From positions 272,800,001 to 272,864,000 of the forward strand of contig OZ024742.1 of assembly GCA_964016885.1 (NCBI GenBank): DNA of 64,000 nt, in the 5' to 3' direction. The position numbers and the translations under genes were made by a program. Shown piece after piece: positions 53,552 through 64,000 of this stretch. A model generated the notes under the pieces. The model ran no database searches and was not told where the DNA came from. It saw only the letters and a list, made by a program, of their open reading frames with translations. Position 1 is the first letter of the stretch. Each line of letters opens with the position of its first letter. The DNA comes from Eledone cirrhosa (Eukaryota).

Positions 53552-53936
53552 TGAGAATCTTCAACCAACCAAATCACTTTTCTAAAATCCTAGCATTTCG
53601 TGCCACCTTTTTCCATATAAAATAAAAGTAACATCCGAACGCCAACCACATGCGAGAAAAACCTCAAACCCTCCATCTCAATCCTACTTTTGAAAAGTAC
53701 AAGAACTGCGAAACCGGTAAAGGAACCAAATAAATATTCTTATAAAGACTCCAGTTGCATTTTCGACTTCATCTTTTTCGCAATTCTTCTACTTTTCAAA
53801 AGTAGAATTGAGATGGATGGTTTGTGGTTTTTCTCGCATCTGGTTGGCGTTCGGATGTTACTTCTGTTTTATATGAAAAAAAGTGGCTCGAAATACTAGG
53901 TTTTTAGATAAGTGATTTGGTTGGTTGAAGATTCTC
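53552..53936. mobile_element. Solo Neptune pLTR with an inverted partial copy
   Basis: 53552-53699 is inverted at about 53790-53936. Confidence 0.85.
53687..53723 (+). ncRNA. Minimal hammerhead with compensatory U3-A8 core
   Basis: ctt-TTGAAAA-gtacaagaactgc-GAAA-ccgg-TA-aag, with AATAAA shortly after. Confidence 0.65.
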
Positions 53937-54865
53937 GAAAGCACCTGCATACCGAAATATGGCTTTCTGAAGATTCTGTAAATTGTATATCGAAGAAATT
54001 ATTTATATAATTAACTTTCAAATCTCTATTAATCTTAGAACAGAATTATTTTCTTCTTGCAGACAAAATTCCACGTTCAGAACTATTTTTAATTTATAAT
54101 ATACACCTTCAAAATGATCCCATCTTCTTTAAAAATGTAAATGTAAATTTTTTAATATTTTTAATACTTCTAATTTTTTTTAACATATATATCTTTAATA
54201 TATATTTTTTTTTTAATATTTTTAATTCTGACAATATTTTCCTAATGACACCCCTCTAAATATATTTTTATATGTAGATTGATAATCTTTATTTGACATT
54301 CTGAAAATTTATCCTCTTTACTTAGAAATGCACATTACGTTTTTCCTCTCTATTTGATATTCAAACTTTCACACATCTTTCGACTAAAATAATTAATCTC
54401 ACACGAAATAATATATAATTTTCTCTATATATTTTCTGAGTAAATCACTCGTCAAATTTAACGGTTAACAAACAAAATTGGAGTTTTCTTTCCTTTCACA
54501 ATCGTGCAAACATAAACATATTATTACGATAATCTATATAACTTCGCTAAATTAACAATATTCTGAAAACATTTTCAATGTTGAACAAAGTATTCAAATC
54601 TACAAATTGTCCTCCGCTCACAAATTGAACCACCTATTTTTTTTATGTAAAATACAAAATCCACATCCTTCGTAATAAATATTAGAAATCTAAACAACTA
54701 ATAATTGTAAATTAATTCTATTTCTATAATACTAATACATGAACAATTATTAATCTATATAGATATTTATATACATATAACCTATTGTAATGTAATAAGA
54801 TAAAAATACGTACAACCATAATTCTTCATATAATCTAATTAATTATATATACAATATTATAACTC

Positions 54866-55057
54866 ATAATTGTTTCTACTTTTGGCAGAAGGCCAGCAAT
54901 TACCCAGTACATTACTGGTACTTTATTTTTATCGACCCCGTAAGGATGAAAGGCAAAGTTGACCTCGGCGGGATTTGAACTCAGAATGGAAAGGGCCGTA
55001 ACTATATGCGTCAAAGCATGACGTCCGACCCTCTACCGAAACTGCCAATCCCCCGCC
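54866..55057 (-). mobile_element. tRNA-derived SINE, full length
   Basis: Consensus match; ctcataat on both sides. Confidence 0.9.
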
Positions 55058-55362
55058 CTCATAATATAGGTAAATAAATTTAAATTTAAACTCTGGAATC
55101 ATATTCCACCTTTTCCCCCAAAATAATGTAAATACAATCTCTTCTTCCTTTTCTTCTTTCCTACGCATACATACACATATCATAATTATTTAAATTTTCC
55201 ATAGCGTCTAAAATAACGTTTTTTCTCAGCCTTTTACCTCAACCTCCTTTGCATACTCATCTTAATAATTTGAAATATCTGACTTTCCTTCACTATCCAA
55301 GGAAAACTTGAACCGATAAGGTATTTTCCTTGGTTATGTCAACATTTATAAAACACACTTCG

Positions 55363-55423
55363 TATTTTATCTGATGAAAGCGTACCAAAGTGTTGGTACC
55401 CTTGAAATATACATAATAGAATA
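55363..55423 (+). ncRNA. Type I hammerhead ribozyme
   Basis: tattttat-CTGATGA-aagcgtaccaaagtgttggtaccctt-GAAA-tataca-TA-atagaata: 8-bp stem I, 10-bp stem II with a C.C mismatch. Confidence 0.85.
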
Positions 55424-55481
55424 AATATGGTTTCATATATATATAAACAAGAAATTAAAAGATGGTTAAAAAAGTTCCATA

Positions 55482-55551
55482 TATTTTATTATGCGCATTT
55501 CGAAAACAACAACATCCTGGGACAAACATTGTGTTCTCATCAGATAAAATA
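55482..55551 (-). ncRNA. Type I hammerhead ribozyme
   Basis: Minus strand: tattttat-CTGATGA-gaacacaatg...tgttgttttc-GAAA-tgcgca-TA-ataaaata. Confidence 0.82.
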
Positions 55552-56174
55552 AGATAACATGATATGAGGCCTAAAAACACTTGTGAACAAGAAAATGTCC
55601 AGTCAACTTATGACAAAAATATAAGAGAAAAGCAAAAAGTAGGAAAAATGAAGAAAAGGAAAGAAGAAAGAAAAAGGAAAAATGAAATAGACGAGAGGAA
55701 AAAAGAGAGAAAAAGAGAAAGAGAGAGAGAGAGAGAGATATATACTTTTGATAGGGAACGCTGTCAAAAATGAAAAAAACAGCTGTGAATAACGGTTAAA
55801 AATATATATAATAATAACAATAAATAAATAAATAAATAAATTGATGAGGTGAATGTGCTAATATACAGATATTAGATGTCTAGAATAAAGAAACTGGTTA
55901 TATAATTTAATATTGAGTTTGAATACTGTAAATTGGATTAAGAAGTGTAAACATGTATTAATAAAATAAAAATAAAATTAAATAAAATTAAATAAAATTA
56001 AAAATAATTATAATAATTATAAACATTTATTTTTTTTAAATTAAAAAAAAAAAATAAATAAAATAAGATAGACTAGAAGGAAAATAAAAATAAGAATAGT
56101 CTATCTATGTCAAAATTAAAAATTACTATTACAAATGTTTATATGTGGAGTATAGTATTTGATTATTTTAGTTT

Positions 56175-56357
56175 TGGCAGTATCGGTTGAGGGTCGGACG
56201 CCATGCTTTGATGCAAAGAGTTACGGCACTTGTCATTCTGAGTTCAAATCCCGCCGAGGTTAACTTTGCCTTTGATCCTTATGGGGTCGATAAAATAAAA
56301 TACCAGTAATGTACTGGATAATTGCTGGCCTTGTGCCAAAATGTAGAGACAATTATT
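56175..56357 (+). mobile_element. tRNA-derived SINE
   Basis: tggcagtatcgg A box, gagttcaaatcc B box and core. Confidence 0.9.
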
Positions 56358-56818
56358 TTATATCAACAAGTAAATAAAGGAAATTGCTAGAAAGACATAT
56401 GTCGTCATAGATTGTTTACATAATCTACGAAGGTTTGAACGAAAAAAAATTACATAAAATAGAGAAAGAAGGTGAAAGGCTTTGTAATACAGAGAAAAGG
56501 GGATTAATACATTGTAGAATATAATGAAATATGTGAGAAAAAATGTGTGAAAAGATATATGTGTAAAAATATGTGTAAAAAATTAACCGTTATTCGTTAA
56601 ATAGCTGTCTACTTTGTGAAAGGTCTTAAAAGATTTATGAATGCAGAGACGTAGTGTTTTTTTTTTTGGCGGTAATTCACTTCCTCACTTTTTGAATCAG
56701 CTCGAGCACTTCTTTCAGAACTGCTGGACTGGCTACCTGACAGATACCTCAGGCACAGAAGTGATTATCGCTAAATGCTGATGTTGGTTAGATTATCAAT
56801 ATTAGTATTACTGGGGCA

Positions 56819-56945
56819 CCCACTGATGAATTATAGGACCCCACTTGAATATATATCTATTGATGGTAAACAAGCTCCTACATAAATTGGTATAATTTCA
56901 CCCAAATTGTAGGAGTCCTATAATGAAACGAGACGTCCGTCTGGG
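56819..56945 (+). ncRNA. Type I hammerhead with branched ~95-nt stem II
   Basis: ccca-CTGATGA-attataggac...gtcctataat-GAA-acg-agacgtc-cgt-C-tggg (GUC site at 56941). Confidence 0.85.
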
Positions 56946-57517
56946 AAGAGATATATTAGATATATCTCATTTGAAATAATACAGCCAATTTTCCACGCAA
57001 TACTTTTAGTTAGCACCCCGAACACATAATTGGGAATATAATCACTTATTTCCTAATGTTTGTTGAGTGAGTTGGAATTTGGCCGGAGTATCGCTAAAAA
57101 GCTTTCTCCGATATTGTATTTATTTACTTACTCTTGAAGCAGCAGATTTGAAAAAATGTCCCGGTATAAGGTTAGCATTTCTTTGTTTATTTTGTATATA
57201 TGAATATTGATTGTTCCTTATATCTCATTCTGTTATTTTGCCCGAGAAAATATCTGTGTGTGTCATCAAATGTTGTACACACATAGATATTTTTTTCAAT
57301 TTCCAATTGAGTGGTCTGAATTCCTTTCAGAGTTCATTGTCACGCGCATGTATTGTTTTTTTTTTGGCGGTAATTCACTTCGACATTTTTTGAATCAGCT
57401 CGAGCACTTCTTTCAGAACTGCTGAACTGTCTACCTGACAGATACCTCAGGCACAGAAAGTGATTATCGCTAAATGCTGATGTTGGTTAGATTATCAATA
57501 TTAGTATTACTGGGGCA

Positions 57518-57644
57518 CCCACTGATGAATTATAGGATCCCACTTGAATATATATCTATTGATGGTATACAAGCTCCTACATAAATTGGTATAATTTCAC
57601 CCAAATTGTAGGAGTCCTGTAATGAAACGAGACGTCCGTCTGGG
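57518..57644 (+). ncRNA. Type I hammerhead with branched stem II (second unit)
   Basis: As above. Two substitutions in stem II give G.U pairs. GUC site at 57640. Confidence 0.85.
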
Positions 57645-57841
57645 AAGAGATATATTAGATATGTATCATTTGAAATAATACAGCCAATTTTCCACGCAAT
57701 ACTTTTAGTTAGCACCCCAAACACATGATTGGAAATATAATCACTTACTTCCTAATGTTTGTTGAGTGAGTTGGAATTTGGCCGGAGTATCGCTAAAAAG
57801 CTTTCTCCGATATTGTATTTATATATGCATATATATATATG

Positions 57842-57940
<99 letters not shown>

Positions 57941-57941
57941 G

Positions 57942-58035
<94 letters not shown>

Positions 58036-58064
58036 TTGTATATATATATATAATATATATTTTT

Positions 58065-58334
58065 TTAGTATACGTTGGTTGTATACCAACACCTCAGTGT
58101 GCAGATTGGAGCACTCGACTAAGTGCGCAGGTTGGTTTTGTTACTCCGGAGTGAAATAACAACCCAACCAGGAACTGGGCATATCAGAGTATTGACAAAG
58201 TTATACACCTCAACAACATGTGTACTCGTCTCTACCACACTAATTCTGACTGCATGAAGAGGTCACAGCCAAAGATGGCTGTCACCGAAATATATATAGC
58301 CAAATTTTAAACATTTGACTTATTTATTTTATTT

Positions 58335-58340
<6 letters not shown>
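58065..58340 (+). mobile_element. Second copy of the 4635-5172 pLTR family (inverted 5' piece plus HHR part)
   Basis: 58070-58152 matches 4645-4726; 58155-58335 matches 4975-5170. The HHR at 58249-58300 has ATGAAGA (C3 mutated). Confidence 0.88.
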
Positions 58341-58396
<56 letters not shown>

Positions 58397-58399
58397 GTG

Positions 58400-59870
58400 G
58401 AGATATTTATATATAAAGGAGAACAAACCGTTAAAACATGTTTATTTAAGATAGCAGCTACTTACGTTTCGCCCGAGAGGGCTTCTCAAGGGCATACAAA
58501 CTAAAAAGCGTTCCTTACATGACTCGGAATGGGTTTTTAGAAATAAGTTCACATCACAGTTCATTCTTCGTAACAAAACATGCATTGATTTTGCAGTAGG
58601 TCAAGGGAGATAACGCTAGCCGGTGTTAGAGCAGCAATTCTCTAGGTGACTTTTTATCCGTCATTAATTTGTATTTGCTGCCTTACCATTGTCGACACGC
58701 TCTTGGTCAGGTATGCAACGTTATTTTCCAGATGTGTGTTTGCTGCGCCTGCCCGCCTGGGTCGATTTGTGCCGGGTCTGCGATGTATGGTGAGTTTCCG
58801 GATGTATTTTGCAGCGCCTGCCCGCCGGGGTGTTTAAATTTGGTGCAGGGCGACCCGGTTTACGGCTTTTACTCCCCATTCTCATTCCATCTGGAGAAGG
58901 ATATTTGTAAGCGGTGTGTACAGCTTATTGTCGTTTCTGCTCTGCTGTTGATGAGCTCGTGAGGCGCCGTTATGATATGGTAGAGCTCCATGATGCAAAC
59001 TCACACTTTCTCTTGAAATTGCACGGTGCTGCTCTGCCGACAATTTCCCAGTGCGTGGAGAAGCTGATGTTTGAGTCTTTTAATGCTCTGATGTAATTCG
59101 CGAGCGAAGTGGAGTGTCTTAGTTTCTTGTTTGTGAAAGAGTGGAGATGTGTTCGAAATCTATTTTTGAACGGGCCAGAGGTAGCCGGTATATAATGTTT
59201 ATCGCTATTATGGCTAGTTACGGTGTACCTATATATAGTCCTACCAGTCAAGCATTTACCCCTAAGGGGGCAGCGTCCCCTGTCACGGCAGATGCAATTT
59301 CGGTCGCGGTCCCTTTTAGTTCCCAAGGTAAGGCTATTATTATTGCTATCTATATTGTTACCTATGTCCCTACACCTGTCGTTGGTACCATTATAAGCCA
59401 CCGCGTGCGGGGTAGTACAATTATCATTCCGCACGCAGCAGCGTCTTCTGTTGCCGTCCGATGACCCATGCGGGTCACCTGCATGTTCCCCACCCAGTCA
59501 TGTCGTGGTTATGTTGGTTGCGTCCGTAGTGTCTGTTGCCAGCACTATTGGGTGTTGCTAGGGAGTCTCCGAGCCGATATAGTTGTTGCCAGGTCTAGGT
59601 ATATTGGTGCTAAGGTTTTGTGTTTTGGTGATCTTACTGTGATTATTTGTTCCTATGATGTCTGCTAGGTTAGGAGTAGTAGAGAAGGATATTTTTATAT
59701 TGTTCCTATTCAGGATTTTCCTATACTTATGGTTGGGTGGGAAGTTCTTCTCTAAGACTTCTAAGAATATCCGGGGTATGTCGGCGGCCACACTCCGAGA
59801 GTATGGAGGATGGAACCATAGGACGTTACGGTGGCGATTCCGCGTCTTTGTACGTTTGCTAAGGGTTGTG
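58400..59870 (-). mobile_element. 5'-truncated Naiad-type PLE (GIY-YIG plus 3' UTR)
   Basis: WFHPPYS, KNFPPNHKYRKILNRNNIKISFSTT, CICR..CPLRGKCL, FKNRF..H. HHR-like TTGAGAA-gccctctcgggc-GAAA at 58455-58494, then AATAAA. Confidence 0.85.
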
Positions 59871-59981
59871 CTATCGGGGGACCGTTTTTATGAGCACCCT
59901 TTGCATATGCTATTGGCAAATAACTACACGGATCGCCTATTTCTTCTTCTTCTTCTTCTTCTCTCTCTCGATACTTAATCA

Positions 59982-60019
<38 letters not shown>

Positions 60020-60022
<3 letters not shown>

Positions 60023-60122
60023 GGAACCAGTAAGACCCCGACAGCTGAGCTCAAGCCGTTTCGACGGCTAATTAGCCGTCGAAACGGCTTGAGCTCAGCT
60101 GTCGGGTCTTACTGGTTCCTAT
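60020..60122. repeat. ~100-bp palindrome whose axis is the loop of an HHR stem II
   Basis: Axis 60071/60072. The arm reads gccgtc-GAA-acggct-tgagctc-agctgt-C-gggtc. One-base indel between arms. Confidence 0.88.
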
Positions 60123-60198
60123 TACCCACTCTACTACCTCAAGTATTGAGTACTTTGGTGCGTTATGGTCCACCTGGTTCCTTACCACATTTCCTTCG

Positions 60199-60273
<75 letters not shown>

Positions 60274-60284
60274 GGGGGGGGCGA

Positions 60285-60895
60285 TAGAGGAGACTGTGGC
60301 TCTTCTCGTATCCGAGTGTAAACACCTAGCCCAGGATCACTATAAAGGCTGGAGACATGATATGATAGGAAAGGTGATTCACAGTCATTTATGCAAACTA
60401 AATAATTTACCACATTCTGAGAAGTGAAGAGGAAATGATCTAGTGAAGGAGTGATGGGATTTCAGGATACAGACAGATATGAAATTAGGGCACAAGAGGC
60501 CGTACTTGGTGGTTTAATAAGGAAAACAAGACCGTGCCTGATTGTAAATGTAGTCCACCCCTTTGAGACAAAAGTGCAAGAAAATGAGGTGAAAATGAAA
60601 GGATACCATGATGTAAAAGGATTTGGGACAATCATGTGATCATGGTCTTCCCAATTGTCATAGGGTCATTAGTTACTATCCCGAAGATCTTTCAAGTATT
60701 GTTAAAGAGTATTATTCCAGCCACAAGTTTTGGAACACTTCAAAAGGCATGCTTCCTCGGAAAAGCAAGGACCCTGCGATACAACCTGAATGTATGAGGC
60801 TGCAGGTAGCGGCTTGATGTTCATTTGAATAAACTTTCCAGTTAAATAACATCAATGACTGAGACTCCAATAATAACAATAATAATTATTAGTAT
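60285..60895 (+). mobile_element. R4/Dong 3' fragment
   Basis: VSECKHLAQDHYKGWRHD, CLIVNVVHPFET; 3' UTR as at 19610-19700. Confidence 0.8.
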
Positions 60896-60899
60896 TATT

Positions 60900-62850
60900 T
60901 AAAAAAGTACCACTAATAAACTAAAAAAGAAACAAATGTACAACTGAGGAAAACTCTTCATTCATGCACGCTTACCTTATGGCAGCATTATACCCTTAAA
61001 AAGGAAAACATATCACCACACACAAAACTGGCAGAAAAATATCTCACATTCTGGTTTAATACATGATCCTAATAAACTAGCTAACTTAAAAAGATACATA
61101 TTAAAAAATAAATATCAGACACTGAAATTGAAAAATTAAAAGAACAAATTCATAACGGAAACATTAATAATGATAATATAATAATTAAGGAACATAAACA
61201 TACAGAGAATTTAAAACGTGACGTAAAAACCGACGTATCCCAAATAGATAAAATAAACAACAACATAGAGCAAACCCCAACTATAAAAGATACACACAAT
61301 GTTAACCAACAAAAATTGATTCCAGTCAAAACAACCAAATATACAAATGAAAAGAAATATGAAGAAAAATATAGAGAGAAAATAACCCCTAAAGACGAAA
61401 TTCAAGATTACAAAAGGATAAAGAAGGAAATACTATCCCAATCAACAGAAGCAAATTTCAAGAAGACTCCCTTTCACCACTGTTTTTCGGCCTGCCGATA
61501 GACCCTTTATCTGAAACTCTAAACATAACTGGGCTAGGGTATAAATGCTACAACGGGAACATTAACCATTTCATATACATGGATGATATAAAGTTGTAAA
61601 CTACAAATGAAAAACAACTCCAAACACTGCTACAATCCGTACGCGGATTCACAAAGGAAAAAGGTGTCAAGGCAACCCCAAAGAGAGAGAAGCTAGTGAA
61701 TATCAATCACTACTATCATTTTTGATAAAGAAACAGAAATAAGAGAGCAAGATTAATCTCAGACACACAAACTAACAGATAACTGTTTCTACTTTAGGCA
61801 CAAGGCCAACAATTACCCAGTGCATTACTGGTACTTTATTTTATCGACCCCGTAAGGATGAAAGGCAAAGTCAACCTCGGCGGGATTTGAACTCAGATCG
61901 TAAAGGGACGTAACTATGCTGGAAAGCATGGCGTCCGACCCTCTACTGATACTGCCAATCCACCGTAACAGATAACTCTGAGGAAAATGAATACAAAGAG
62001 GAAACAAAAAAAAGAAATTGTGAAAGCCATCATATTTAAATAGTAAACTGACATCCACAAATACATGTTTAATTGTTGGCAAGATTCATCCTTACATAAA
62101 AAAAAAAACTAAATAGAAAGGATATAGACAAAGAAAACACACAAATCTGACTCCGAAGCACTGCATTAAAAGCTGAGAGGGAATGATTTCTAATTGCAGG
62201 GCAGGGACAGAGCCTACCCAACAGAAACTATCAGAAGTACATAACGAGACAAAGAAGAATAAGTAACTGTAAACTATGTGAAGATATAGAAGAAATAGTA
62301 ATCCACATTGTCTCCTGATCCCAAGCACTAAACAAAATGAAATATATCCACAGGCATAATAGAGTCGGGCCCTTTATACATAGGAAAGTATGCCAGCATT
62401 ATGGAATAATGTCAGAGAATGACAAAGCAACCATTCTCTGTGATATAGCAATACACACATACAGAATGATCAAAGCCAACCAACCAGATATGATAGTGAA
62501 ATACCACAAAGAAAACATTGCTTTCTACAAGATGTATCAATCCCCACAGACAACTATACATCATACAAGGAAATAGGGAAACTCTCCAAATATAAAGATC
62601 TAGAGATAGATATATCTCTAATGTGGAAAATGAAAACAGAAACAATACCTATCATAATAGGTGCTCTGGGAATGATAAAAAAAACACAGGTAGACAAATA
62701 TATAGCCCACACCCAGGACTTTAAAATATATACAGCCTACAAACGATAGCACTACTATACACAGTACACATATGAAAAGTACTATCAATACAATACAAAC
62801 AACATCAGCAAAATTTAAAGTGCTAACACTCAAGGCACACAGAGCTGTGC
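60900..62850 (+). mobile_element. Internally deleted, decayed R4/Dong copy
   Basis: YMDDIKL near 61575, RHNRV..IH..CQHYG, KANQPDMI, KYKDLEI, IPIIIGALGMI. Confidence 0.75.
61785..61965 (-). mobile_element. SINE with 12-bp TSD inside the Dong copy
   Basis: taacagataact at 61773 and 61966. Confidence 0.92.
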
Positions 62851-63079
62851 TCGGTAAAGCTGTAATGATGCGCAATAAAAACAATAATGGACATGAGGAT
62901 GGCAATAACAGAAAGGTGACCTACTGGCATGTCTGCAAATGGAAACATGATTTACTGGTATTTGTGCAAATGGAAAAGTGATTTACTGGCATTTGTCCAA
63001 ATTAAACTATTTAACACATGCTTAGAGGTGGTAAGATTAAACACGAGAATCAATGAAGGAAAACGACAGGTTGAAGGTA

Positions 63080-64000
63080 AAAAGTGATTTCAGAACACAA
63101 ACTGATAAAGAATTAAATCACAAGAGGCTTGACTTTGTGGTTTTCGACAAAGAAAAAAAGACCGTGACTGATTGTAGATGTAGTTTACCCCTTTGAGACA
63201 AGACTGCCAGAAAGGAAGAAGGAGAAGATTAAAATATACTTGATTATAGATGTAGCTTGCCCCTTCGACACAAGAGTACACGAAAGGTAAAGGGAAAACA
63301 ATGACCGGTAACTTCACCTGAAGTAGGAACTAAAAACGATTTGGAACTGTCATGGTCATCCGCATCATCAAGGTTGGCTAAAGACCATCAGCCCACTCAT
63401 CTGTTTTTCAACACTTCAAAAGGCTTGCCCATCCGATACACCCTGAATATATGAGGCTGCATATAGCAGTTTGATATTAATCATAATAAGGGATTAATGA
63501 AGGCTCTGACATTCAGTATGCAACTATGAAATTGAGGATAAGAAAAGTAGGTTACAGGAGAGTACACACTGTTCTGAAATCAGAACTAAATTCCCATAAC
63601 CAGGTTTTAGCCATACATTCTTTGGCAGTCCCAGTTGTCACTTATAGCTTCGGTGGGTTAAACTGGAATATAAGTGAAATTAAATGAATCGATACCAAAA
63701 TCCGTAAGTTACTGACTTCTCATAGGATGCACCACCCGAAAGCAGATGTGGATCGTCTGGAACTCTCATGAACTGAAGGAGGCCATGAATTGATCCAATT
63801 TGAACTTACCTACAAGGCCGCCACTATTGGACAAGCCAAATACCTTGAAACAAAAAACGGCTGTATGCTAAAACTTTGTTGAAAAGCATGAGAGAAGTAA
63901 GAAGCGTCATTCTATCTTGTGGGAGGGAAAAATATACTACTGATCTCATGCTTGATCCTCAGGTGGGACAGACTATGTGAACTGTTGTAACTGATAAATG
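63080..64000 (+). mobile_element. Further R4/Dong fragments (RLE 3' piece, then post-RT piece)
   Basis: IVDV..PF duplicated; LKSELN..AIHSLAVPVVTYSFG..RMHHPKADVDRL. Confidence 0.78.

Larger units (their letters stand above)
56645..57820 (+). repeat. Tandem ~699-bp non-coding unit (about 1.7 copies), one long-insert HHR per unit; retrozyme-like
   Basis: ggcggtaattcacttc at 56668 and 57366. Ends in (TA)n. Confidence 0.9.

Noticed and set aside
53950-56160. Extremely AT-rich stretch as an organellar insertion
   Set aside because: No mitochondrial gene, tRNA or rRNA motifs recognised; low-complexity nuclear DNA.

Overview
Eukaryotic, AT-rich, repeat-saturated 64-kb window with no confidently identifiable host gene. 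The abundant tRNA-derived SINE and the long (TA)n/(CA)n tracts point to an octopod cephalopod genome (inference). Almost all listed ORFs are microsatellite read-through or decayed retrotransposon fragments. Recognisable elements: Penelope-like elements (PLEs) of Naiad type (YRDD RT, CxC...CPL GIY-YIG) and Neptune type (YLDD RT, zinc knuckle plus GIY-YIG); R4/Dong, Tx1/L1, CRE and RTE LINEs; about 14 SINE copies. The main unexplained signal is about 18 type I hammerhead ribozyme (HHR) motifs, found by eye, most in small non-coding PLE-derived elements sitting in (TA)n tracts. These include tandem retrozyme-like units (460 and 699 bp), perfect or near-perfect palindromes with an HHR on both strands, a convergent pair of different HHRs, an HHR with a covarying branched ~95-nt stem II, a U3-A8 core variant whose predicted cut site matches the 5' end of a full-length Neptune copy, and a recurrent C.C mismatch in stem II. 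All folds are manual predictions and none is tested. Element boundaries are approximate unless a motif is quoted.
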